A stretch of DNA of 64,000 nt from Cercozoa sp. M6MM (taxonomy: Eukaryota; Protista; Endomyxa: Ascetosporea). The notes beneath the pieces are model-generated. The model searched no databases and was not told the DNA's origin. It was given only the letters and a program-made list of their open reading frames with translations. Of this stretch, positions 12,373-23,332 are shown piece by piece. Made by a program: the position numbers and the translations under genes. The stretch lies in assembly GCA_040357565.1 (NCBI GenBank), contig JBDODJ010000044.1. One strand, written 5' to 3'. The first letter of the stretch is position 1; each line of letters begins with the position of its first letter.

Positions 12373-13883
12373 CTATTGTGCCTCGCTGGTACTAACGCCA
12401 GTGATTTCACCCAACGACCAGCCGATGAAGTCTGCATACGCACACACATGCACGTGCAGATACAACGTGCTATACTAAAGGGTGCATTGTTAAAACGAAA
12501 GTTTTTACACGCAGAGCCGGCAGCCGCAACACCGTTGAAAATGATCTAATCGCATCAAGAACGCATACACGACAAATACTTGCTCACAGAGTGCCATACA
12601 CAAAGTACCTTGGCGGTAGCCCAGATGCGGTTCCGTTCGTTGGCGAGACGCGCCTTGACGACTCCCAAGAGACCGAGCGTCAGAACGGTCATCAAACATG
12701 ACACCAAGAAGGTCGGGTTGAAGCTGTCGCCAAAGTCCACCGACTGCATGCAAGCACACAGGCACGTGAATGACTCGATATGTATGCTTGCATGTGATCC
12801 TTCAGGTAGGGTGGAGAGACACGCCAAACGCACGTTGAGGATCAGGTAAGCCAGCAGCGGGACAAAGCCGAACACGAGGAAGGAAATAAAGGTGACGAGC
12901 CCGTTCTTGGCAGGCGACTCATCCGGGTCAGGAGGCATAACGCCGAGCTCCTCCACCATCATGTGATCTGCTCTCCAGAGTTAAACTTCTCATAAACCAT
13001 AACACAACAAAGGAGGCAGGCATCTAGACACACAGGCAAAAACACAGACACAAAAGGCAAAAGCACAGACACACAGGCAAAAACACAGACACAAAGGCAA
13101 AAGCACAGACACACAGACACACAAACACACAGACACACAGATACACACCGACAACACAAAAGTGCAGGTGCTACCGAGGAAAAAGTCTCTGTGCTGCGCC
13201 ATCGTGTCGATAATGTTACGAGCATCCTCCTCACTGAAACCTGTGAGTTAAATTAGGTATATGCATGTGTGTATGATACTTACACAGAACGGCACTCTGG
13301 ATGTGGGTAAATTTACCCTTAGACGTGTAGATCTGAACCATCTCTTGTTTCTCGCCCTACACACGTTTGCGCATACAGATTCTCGGCACAAAGAGATGAC
13401 ATACCCCCCACACTCCCATAAAAAAGGAACTAGTCACCTCGGGAAAGTTTTCGAGCTCCCAAGCTTCGCGCTGCCTTTCAGCGACGGCGTAGTCCTTCTC
13501 GGCTTGTGACGACAAGTAGTCGCCAATGCCCATGGACAGACCGTCTGCGATAAGATTGGCGAAGCCCAGCACCAGAACGACGTCAGAGGACAGATCGGCG
13601 CCCGCCACGCCGGCCACAATGGCGAAGGTCGTGATGATGCCGTCAAGGCCACCGAATACAATGGACTTGATGTACTTGCCTTGCTCAGTCGAGTGGTTCT
13701 CCTGTGATGCAACCGCGGTGAAGCCGTTCGCATTGTGTGCCTGCTTCGATGCCTCGAGATCACCAAGTTCGTACGCCTCACGAGCAGCCTGCAGATCGCG
13801 CGACGGTCTACGACGCAGATGTAAAAGAGGCAGGATACAGCCAAGGGCTGTCCTTACCCGTTTGCGCCAATGTTCTCACTCAT
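12373..13883 (-). CDS. VIT1: Vacuolar iron transporter, VIT1/CCC1 family
   Basis: IKSIVFGGLDGIITTFAIVAG, GFANLIADGLSMGIGDYLS, EREAWE, MMVEELG, FISFLVFGFVPLL, LGVVKA. Confidence 0.93.
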
Positions 13884-14251
13884 TTTCGCGCGACCTCACA
13901 AAACTCCGGTCCGCCGTCTATCTTACGAGCACTGTATGCACCGCCAGGCAGAGTTAGGGCGCAAGAACACACCCGTGGACACACGCGTGCACTCTACAGT
14001 GCTGTAGGCTTTTGGAAGCTCAGCTGATCGATTCTCGACAACAGGGAAACTACTGTTTGTGTCGATACGTACGTGCGGTGGACACGAAATTTTACGCTTG
14101 TATTTGCACATCTTCCATCTAGAGTTTCGTGAAAGACGACTGGATGTACTTATGATAAACGACAAGGCCTTGGTAAATTGGGTACTTTGCCAGTGATACA
14201 AAAAACTAAGGAACGTAAGAAAGTCTGTTCTTGGAGGGAGAGAGGCCAAGT

Positions 14252-15073
14252 GTCAGTTTGAAAGAGTGAGTTACCCCAACGGTTCAGTAGGGCGGCAAAG
14301 CACTGACAGACGTGAAAGTCACCCGTCAGATGTTTTATTGAGTTGGCGTGAAGTAAGAAGGAAGAAGAGAGAAGAAAGGGCCTCTGGTTGAGAGGGCCCT
14401 TCTTCGAGTTCAGCTGCAAAAAAGCTTGCTCAAGGCTTCCCAGCGAACACACGTCAAAATCTTCCACCCCTCTAGTTAGTTGAGTCTTCTAGGAAACCAA
14501 CTATGTAGTTCCCCTGCACCAGTCTGGGGTGGGTCACAAGAGCATGGCCGTGTCTACCGCCCACTTAGGGTAGGACCATACAACTCCCCTTTTGACGTTC
14601 CCCAGACACCGAAGTCGACTTCATGGTTGGTGCAGGTAGCGGGCTACAAGTAGAGAGGCGTCGCAGGCCGCGTCGGGTCGTCCCGTCGTCGTCCTCCCGT
14701 CTCTCCACTCGATACCTAAACAAAACAGACAAACGGACATAGACTTAGGGCCACCACTGCTGTGAGTGGTGGCCTAGTCTATGTCGGGGACCTCTCGGTC
14801 CAGTGCCTGCTGGGAGGCTAGTTGTCCTTCGACAGTTGCTTCCTCGTCCCAGGAGATCTTGGTGCCTTGATGCATTCTGTTGAGTGTTGCTAGGTTCTCA
14901 GGGTTGGCCAGTATGTCTTCAATTGTGCGCCACTGAGCCGCATTGGTGTTGTTTCTGATAGCTTCCGTTACCTTGCATTCCAGCAATCGGTGGTACGCTT
15001 CCACCCCTCTCTTGAGGATTTTTGTAAGTTGTAGGGTTGCTTCCGCGCGGATACAGTAGTTCATGCTGTAACA
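14252..15073 (-). mobile_element. Older retroposon-like remnant (family B), interrupted by the family A insertion
   Basis: Its 3' end TTTGCCGCCCTA..TTGGGGTAACT..AACTGAC matches 47663-47702; pyrimidine-rich UTR; the 5' part carries the 35-bp motif. Confidence 0.55.
14474..14997 (-). mobile_element. 5'-truncated non-LTR retrotransposon (family A) with 13-bp TSD
   Basis: Exact direct repeat CTTCCACCCCTCT at 14461-14473 and 14998-15010; ORF remnant YHRLLECKVTEAIR (H-x4-C, end of a LINE ORF2-type zinc knuckle); tail GACTCAACTAACT; last ~110 bp about 90% identical to 60786-60902. Confidence 0.85.
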
Positions 15074-15147
15074 ACTAAATGCCGGCTGTGGAAGGGCAAA
15101 CCGGCTACCGGCATCGCTGCGATAGAGGAAGGGAACGTATGTCGACG

Positions 15148-16242
15148 TTAGAGCGCACGCAAAGAACGCAGTGCCGCCTTTCGATCGCGCTTTTGCTGTC
15201 GCTTTCGCCTCTACAAGAACCGAAAAGTTACGACTTTTCAATCTAAGCGAAAAAAGAAAATATGTAACCTCGCCCTTTGGCATGCGCTTGCCATGCCGCG
15301 GCTTGGAATCCTCGTCGCCGTCCAGCACCAACTCGCCACGGTCGCGCATCGTCTGTCGCAGCTTTCGTGCAACAGCGGCGTCCATGGCATCATCACCCTG
15401 CACCAGAGCGTAGGATACCGGTTACATCTCAGACGAAGTTACCGTAAGCGGTCCCATAGCGTCATCATTGTTGCGCAGCAACTCCAAAGCATCTTCGTCC
15501 AGAGCACTAAGCACACACAGACACTTCGACATGCGAACAGAGAGGTGAAAGAAACATCTCCGGTACTCTTGCTGCTGCTGTTGCTGCTGCTCGTGGTACA
15601 GCTTGCGCTGCCGTTTCTCGGCACGTTCCGCAAGTGACTGGCGCAGGTCGTCTGTCCAGGCACTCGACTGCACGCGGAACCTGTCACGACCACGCATGCA
15701 TCATCAATGCTGGGTTGGACACACTTGGTTGAACACAGCAAGTGTACCGAATGGGCACACCGCCAAAGTCGAACTCGGCCCGAAGTTGGTTCTCCAGGAA
15801 ACGCAGGTACGCAGTCGACAGCTTCTGTGTTTCAACCAGAGCAAAGCAATGCAGTGACTGCATTTGATATGAAAGACAGCAGTGCTACTGTTCGGTTCGT
15901 CTTGATGGCAAACGTCGGCGGACGAGACTTGAATTGCACCTGTGTAACACCGACACACACGTGTGTTGCAAAGAACATACTTGCCGTCCTTGGGTACCAT
16001 AAACTTGAGCTTCACGTGCTTGCCCTGGTCCGAAGGCGGCGGCTGCCAACGCGTTACCTCGCGCAGCCACTTGTTCAGCAGTCTGCAATACGTACAAACA
16101 TGCATATATATATTAAGAGATATATCAATACATATACAGGCACACACTGGCACAAAGTGTACCGCGTTGGAACACGGCGCTGCCAGCTGTCGTAAGTTGC
16201 GACACACTCTCGTAGCAATGGCGCCAAATTGAACTCACCTAG

Positions 16243-16291
<49 letters not shown>

Positions 16292-16301
16292 NNNNNNNNN
16301 N

Positions 16302-16364
<63 letters not shown>

Positions 16365-16736
16365 GTATTTCGACCAGCACACGGACTGAGACACAGTTGG
16401 GTGTACCATGCGATGATAAGGGAACGAGTGGAACCGCGCGGATCCCTGACACCTTCTGCAGCAGCAGCTCACTACATAGCATTGCCATATTAAACAACGT
16501 TACACACGTGTCGAGATGCTTAACTTGCGGGAGTACCGGATGCCACGAAGCAAGGCACGTGCAGCACGCGGTCGACGTGCCACGCGATCCCACCTACAGT
16601 ACCACTCCTCAAGCAGGAGGACATACAACACAATGACAAGAAACGCGCGTACTTGGACAGGCCGATCACGAGACCTCTGCCCTCGGCGACACATCTGTTG
16701 GCGATGTCGATGTCAAATCTGTCACAGGCAGCAGTA

Positions 16737-16782
<46 letters not shown>

Positions 16783-17899
16783 CCACAGCCACAGCCACAC
16801 ACAGACACAGACACAGACACACAAAGCTAACCGTGTGATAACGTCAAGTGCCGCCATGTGCGCGCGATTGCGCTGCTCGTGCGACCAGCGACCGTCTGTT
16901 CACATCACTGGAATCAGACACACGTCGACGAAATGGACATGCGTACCGCCAACGTGCTCCAACAAGTCGTCATCTGCGCATCAGACACATCACAGGTTGG
17001 ACACGTCGAGGAAAGTTACAGTCAGGGCAAGTGAAAGCACCGTTGAGTTCATCAGTCTCGGTGAAGTCAATGTCGCCGGCACGTGGCGGAATTTCCGCCA
17101 GCAGCACCTGTTCATGGACAAACGAACTGCACAGACAGACAGACAAACAGCAGAAAAAGCAATCAGAATGTATGTACCACGACATTGGCCATGTTCATCG
17201 ATTTGCGAGATCGGGTATTGCTCAACTATACAGAGTGACCATTTTTACGAAAGGAGCACACAGACAGTGAGCGTATGGTACAGTGTCGAACTTGGAGTGA
17301 CCTCGTCTTTCGTCTTGTCCCTACAAACACGTAGAATTCATCCCACCTGTGGTTTCAAAGCAGATACCTACCTTCGTGAGTGCAGTCAAACCTGCGGTGT
17401 CGACCTACAGCCAGACACATGTGGCGTAGCAAGAGCACAGATTTACGCAACTCACAGGGAGGGATACCAAGGTGATGTCCGTGTCTTCGAACTTGAGCGG
17501 CACTGCCACCGAGTCCCTTGTGATTCCTACACACACACACATACACACACACACATACACACACACACACACACACCAAAGCAGGTTGCCTCCTTCCGGA
17601 CTAACACTCAGCCCAAGAAATGAGTACCTGGAGTGGCGCCCACATTAAGTCGATGCTTGTCACCCAGCAAGGTGTTGATCAGCGTCGACTTGCCCGTGTT
17701 GGGACGGCCCTGCAGGAGCACACTGACGCACAGCACACACACACACACACACACACATATGCCAGCGCATGGACACTCGTACCACGATGGCGAGCTGCAT
17801 GTCGGGTCGTGCCTCCCGCGCCAACGCAGTGCCGCTTTCGCTCAGTGTCGCTTGTTGGCGGTATTCGTTCAATTCCTGGAGGGAAGCGGGGGGAGGGTT

Positions 17900-17950
<51 letters not shown>

Positions 17951-20900
17951 CCCCTACCAAAAAAGGGATACCTGCAAGCGCTCTTGTCGCAGTTGCTCGC
18001 GTGTTTGCCGAGCAGTCACGCCAGTGCGCGTCTCGAAATCGACCGGATCGATCACACGGTGCACTCGCTCAAACAGCACCGGCAGACTGTCCATCTGACG
18101 TCTCATAGCTGCATTGCACATATCAGGAAAAGAGAGTAACGCCTCCTCAATCTCAGGTAGACGTATCAACGGATAGCGTACCGTGGTAGAAGTCGGTGAG
18201 TCCCCAGTTGTGCTACGTCACAAGCACACACATGTCTCATGACATAAGTGCCTACAAGGCAAGCACGGTACCAAAGCAGAGCATTCAACGATGTCGGCAT
18301 CCTCGAATCCAAGGCCCCGACACTACATCGAGCAGACAGTGGCGGCAAAGGTTAGTGAAGGGAGGACATTTGTACCTCCTCAAGTGTTTCGAGACACCGC
18401 GGATCATCCTCATTGTCACACTGCACACGCATACACACACAGACACACATACAGACATCTACACGTGTTTATGTGTGTGTGGAGACTACCTTGTTGACGA
18501 CAATAATAACACGCAGAGGAAGAAACTCGGGCGCGATGTTCACCTCAACCTGCGCACATATCCAAAGCACAGACACGATGAACACACAACCCATGATCCA
18601 GCAGAGAAAGGTACGATCGGTTTGGATGACTCGGCAGCCTCAAACTCGTCAACTTGCGTGCCGATTCCGTTGACCTGTACAGACACTGTAATAGATGCAC
18701 AAGTGCTGTACAGGCATGCAGGAGGCAATCACCTTGGCAGGCGGAAGGAGACCACCGTCAGCCGCCAAGCGCACGTTCTTTTGCTGCTCGGTTTGCTGTG
18801 CAAGTATCTTAGGATAGATTTGTACGACTTCGCTCTGAAAACAGCGAGCAAGTGTACATATTGTTTGAGCGCAGCATCAAGTCGTCGCATATCACCTAAG
18901 AGACAACATTTAACAGAGGTAATGTGCGACCCGAATTACGAGATGAACCAGAGTAGTGTCGTTCCTTGGCACGCTGCCGCACTGTACAGTACAAACAACA
19001 TTAGGGGAGGAGGAAGCTAGGGATCAGACATACCGAGTCGTTTCCAGTCACGAGAACTGCGGTCCATGAGATCACGTTCCATGTGCGAGTCTGCTCAAGT
19101 GTATTGTTGGTGCACTGATGTGCAAGTCAAAAGGTAGGTATCAGAACAGAACAATGCGGATACTTTGCAAGTCGCGCATGCGTGCATGCTCTTCGATCGG
19201 CTGCAGCAGCGATTCCGTGGCGTGTGCCATCTCGAGTAGCTACAGACGAAACCGACAGAGCAATCACACACACCAACAGATGTCCAGATGATGAACAGGA
19301 GGCACCTCTTGTTTCGACTCGTCGTCGAGGCCGCTAAATCACCACAAACGTGAGACATTGTGCTTGTGCGGTATGCATGGAAGCTACCCCGCCTGCATGA
19401 TCTTTCTCTTCTCCGACAAACGGTCTGACACGTGTTCGTAGTCCTCATCCTCCACTACAGAAAAAGCGACATTGCAATTTTTGTTGTCATTCGTGGCATT
19501 CAATACAACCAACACACACTCGGCCAGTCGATCTTTGAGGATGCGTTCCGCGCGGTTGTCGATCTAAGCGATATGACACCCCGACAGGTAAAGCAGAAAA
19601 GAGTACGAGGAGATTGTCTTTGGAGGTTACCTCGTGCAACTGCGCCTCAACAACCGAGTCGACGTCCTCCGTGAAGGACCCCTGTCACAGGCAAAAATAG
19701 ATCCGTTGATGCCAAGGCACACCTGTGGAGAGCAGTGCATACCAGACGCTCCTTAAGCAACTGGTACGCTACCTCTCGTTTCTCGATCTGTGTCACACAC
19801 AACAAAAACGGGTCAGGGAGCAAGGGCACACGGGGAGGCCGATGGGACGGGCTACCTCTTTGTGCAAGAACTCGGCGATGCGGTAGTCTTCCGGCTGCAC
19901 GCCTGCCGGGCCGTCCACAACCTGTCCCGAGCAGCGCGAAGGAGAGTCAACAAGAAGACAAGAGAGCAGTGAGAGACAAGAGCAAAAGGTGCAGCAACTG
20001 GTGCTTACCAGAACCGCCACATCGGCACCTTGCAGCGCGCGTTGTGCTTGTCTTAGCATACCTCTTTTCAACTATGCGATGTTATTGCTCGTACAGCCAT
20101 CGCTGCGCATCGTCCATAAGCTAGCACCGATACCTCAGTTTCGGTGGCGTTGCGAAGATTTTTCTTCGTTTCGACCTGCAGGCAATCAGCTGGAACAGGC
20201 AGTGCATTTATGACAGCACAAAGTACCTCCTCGTAACCCGGTGTGTCGACTGCAGCAAATTCAAGATCCAGGAGCTCGCCGCGGGACACTTGTCTGTAAT
20301 CACACTCCTTCAGTCAGCTTTACCGAAGAGAGGGAAGAAGGAAAAGAGAGCACCGGTCACGCGTGACACCAGGCATATCATGAACAATGGCAGTGCCGCC
20401 ACCACACACGCGGTTGAACAGTGACGACTTGCCTGAACAAGGACAGAGTGTGTATACTGCACAGGACACTGAGACACAGACAGGGAATGTACCCACATTG
20501 GGCCGTCCAACAAAGGCGACACGCGGCTGTCGCGCGATCAGTTCTTTCGTGTCGCGGCCCGCCGCGTCCGTGCCTGCAGCACAGTGATGTGAACAGACTG
20601 CAGGACAGGGTCGGCAGCCAGAAAAGCTACCAATGGCGGCCAGCTGCATGTGCATCTGCTCGGTAAGTCGGTCGCGACGCGATTTCGCTTGCACCAGCTG
20701 CACCATATCGTAACGCAACTTGAACGAGGCGAAAAGAAAAAAACAGCAATGCAAAGGTACCGTGTCTGTCTGGCGGCTGAGGAACTCCACATTCGCGCCT
20801 TTGCTGAATTGTCCCGCACTGCTGAGAGCCCTGTATATCATCACACACATTAAAAATGGTAGTAACACACATCAGCACACATTCGCACGGTGCGGCACTG

Positions 20901-20973
20901 ACCTGATCTGGGCGTCAGTGACCTTTCGGCGCGCATGCCGGCTACCCGCCGCACGAACGCACGATGAACGCAT
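15148..20973 (-). CDS. der: Der/EngA double-GTPase (organellar ribosome biogenesis) with large insertions
   Basis: GD1: GRPNVG|KSSLFNR, PGVTRD, VDTPG, IIVVNK, CSAL|H. GD2: [27 protein letters not shown]-like tail: [27 protein letters not shown]. Stop TAA at 15148-15150. Confidence 0.9.
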
Positions 20974-21330
20974 CCAAGGGCACTGTTTTAGCGCGAATAT
21001 ACTCTGGTACTACATATTCGGATCGCTGGAACCAGTGCATCAATAATATTTTTAAAATAATGATTTCCTGATACAGTACTTTTCAGTGACTGGCGATCAG
21101 ATACATTTTTGTCTTGTTAAATTAGCGGGAAATCGAGTGGCTACTTTTCGGCTATGCATTTTCCAGAGTTTAAGGCAAAACGGGCATCGTTTTCCCGAGT
21201 TTCTCTGGAGTGGATGTTGTCTTCGAGTGCAATCTTTCACGAGCACGAATTTCTTAGAGTGTGGCCTTCCACCGTCGAATTACCCGCACGTGTTCTGAGA
21301 AACAGCAACTGTCGTGTCCACGCTGATTAA

Positions 21331-22502
21331 ATGCACTTCTCACCGCTGCTCGTCGTGGTTATCTTTTGTGACAACGTAGCTGCATATGCGCAAGAAAAGT
21401 ACAACTTTGAATGTCTCCTTGTTCGACCCGCGCACGAGCCGCTATGTAGAGATTTATCTTCGGAGGTATCACACGCTTGGGTATAGAGGTACATATTGGT
21501 ATTTGTCAGTACAAACTGTGTGTTTTTTAATTGCAGTACCTGTACCTTGATGAGTCTATCAAGCAAGTCGAACAGCTGAAATGCGCGAAAGCTACTGAAT
21601 ATGGATGCTTTCGCGTAAGCGAGCGCTATGGTGTCGAACAGCGAGAAGATGAGAAATACTGCAGTGCAAAGGGCTGCCGCGACGTTGCCCACGCGTGCGA
21701 CCCCTCTGAGTGTTATGTGCTACCTCCGCCCGAGCCGAAGCACGGACTGATTGAACGAACTCACAAACCCACCCAACAACCCTATGAGCCAACTTCTGAA
21801 TCTTTGGCCTCGTATCGCTACACTGTAAATCTACTTTGAGTCCATCGTTTCGTTTGTACCTGGTCGTCATGACTATATTCATCTACCTCGGTCGTTTTGA
21901 CTGTTGCAGTGTCATACTGTGGAAGTCGCGGATTATGCGCGATGCACCGATTTGCTCCATTTGAAGCAATGGCTGATCTTAAGCATGGGCACATCGTATG
22001 GTGAGACACCCACCACACACAGGGCGCGGTAGTCCGTGCTTAAAAAACTATGTATTGTTTAGATGATTTGAAATGTGCCACCGCGAGCAAGGCAGTTTGT
22101 TGGGACATATACATGGACAAAGAAGCTGACCCAAGCAAATGCCCCCCATGTAAAGACGTCGCCTTTGGTACAATCCGTAAGGGTTAAGTCAAAAAGGCGT
22201 ATTTCAAATCATCTGGTCTGCTTCAATCAGCTTGTCCGCGTGACTTCTGTGGTGACGCAGATGTTGAGCCTGAAGTCCCCGAGCCTGAAGTCCCCGAGCC
22301 TGAAGTCCCCGAGCCCAACGACACCGAATCTGAGCCGACAAGTGAGCTGGAGGACCATGTCGCGGATCATGATCATGTGACACAACCCATACATGCTCAA
22401 GACGAAAGCACGACGGCAACCCCGTCGTCGGTGGCAGCGGTGGAGCCAGTGCCTGCGGCAATCATGTTGCTGCTAACATCATTGCTGCTGTTGCTTGGTT
22501 AA
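21331..22502 (+). CDS. Secreted, probably GPI-anchored surface protein with two 8-Cys repeats and an EPEVP stalk
   Basis: Five exons: signal-like MHFSPLLVVVIF, two aligned Cys modules, (EPEVP)x3 encoded by a 15-bp tandem repeat at about 22266-22313, hydrophobic C-terminus AAIMLLLTSLLLLLG*. Confidence 0.8.
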
Positions 22503-22535
22503 GTAACTAACTGGTCAAAAGAATCATAAGTTTAC

Positions 22536-22776
22536 TGTGCCTGGCGGACTCGTCTACCGTACATACCCACGTTTTTGCTGTCTTGCTTGCCATTTGTGCC
22601 CAGCTCACTCATAGCTGGGTGCACTTAAGTCACATGCGTCGCGCTAGGGATTGTCGGTGAGCCCGCAGTCCCGGTAGACGAGAGGACGATTGTGTCGCAT
22701 GGAGAGAGGCAGAAGCCCGCAGGCGCGAGACACCGACCTAGACTCTTGTGTCAAAATAGACTGGACAAACTAAGTT
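22536..22776 (+). mobile_element. Highly structured SINE-like element with a family A-related 3' end
   Basis: Nested inverted repeats; 22726-22764 aligns to family A CGAGACACGACCATGCTCTTGTGAC..AGACTGG; ends AAACTAAG; TAAGTT occurs on both flanks. Confidence 0.45.
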
Positions 22777-22812
22777 ACGTATCCGATCCGTCATATCTAT
22801 CTCGTCTGTCCT

Positions 22813-22988
22813 TTACAAAGACATGTTCGCAAAAGGACCTCCGTTGGAATCATCGTCACTCGAGTCGTCACGGTCTTCACTATCGTTGACGTTTTCATGC
22901 GCGACCTCATCGACGGGAGCGGTGCTGCCGTCACACTCGTCGCTCTTTTGCATGACGAAACAAAAGTATCCAAAGCCTTTGTTGTCAC
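22813..22988 (-). CDS. Terminal acidic exon of a gene cut by the gap at 23037-23136
   Basis: Acceptor after (TG)n, then GDNKGFGYFCFVMQKSDECD...DDSSDDDSNGGPFANMSL*. Confidence 0.5.
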
Positions 22989-22991
22989 CTA

Positions 22992-23036
<45 letters not shown>

Positions 23037-23136
23037 NNNNNNNNNNNNNNNNNNNNNNNNNNNNNNNNNNNNNNNNNNNNNNNNNNNNNNNNNNNNNNNN
23101 NNNNNNNNNNNNNNNNNNNNNNNNNNNNNNNNNNNN

Positions 23137-23287
23137 CTCTCGATGACAAGTTTGCGGTAAGCAAGCCTCATTCTTCGTGCAGTGCATTCTTTTGTGAAAC
23201 AACATCCTTTTCTCTCAGGTGGGAGTCAGTCCTGCGCCGTGAGTTCTATTTTGCTGTCGCTTGCTCAAGTAGTATTGTGTGTGTGTG

Positions 23288-23332
<45 letters not shown>

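Noticed and set aside
14774-15403. 209-aa ORF in the ORF track
   Set aside because: Chimera of an EngA exon, an intron, the 3' UTR and the retroposon ORF remnant; it crosses the TSD at 14998-15010.
22536-22776. RNase P/MRP, U3, SRP or telomerase RNA
   Set aside because: Conserved boxes or a template sequence were not found; kept only as an unknown structured element.
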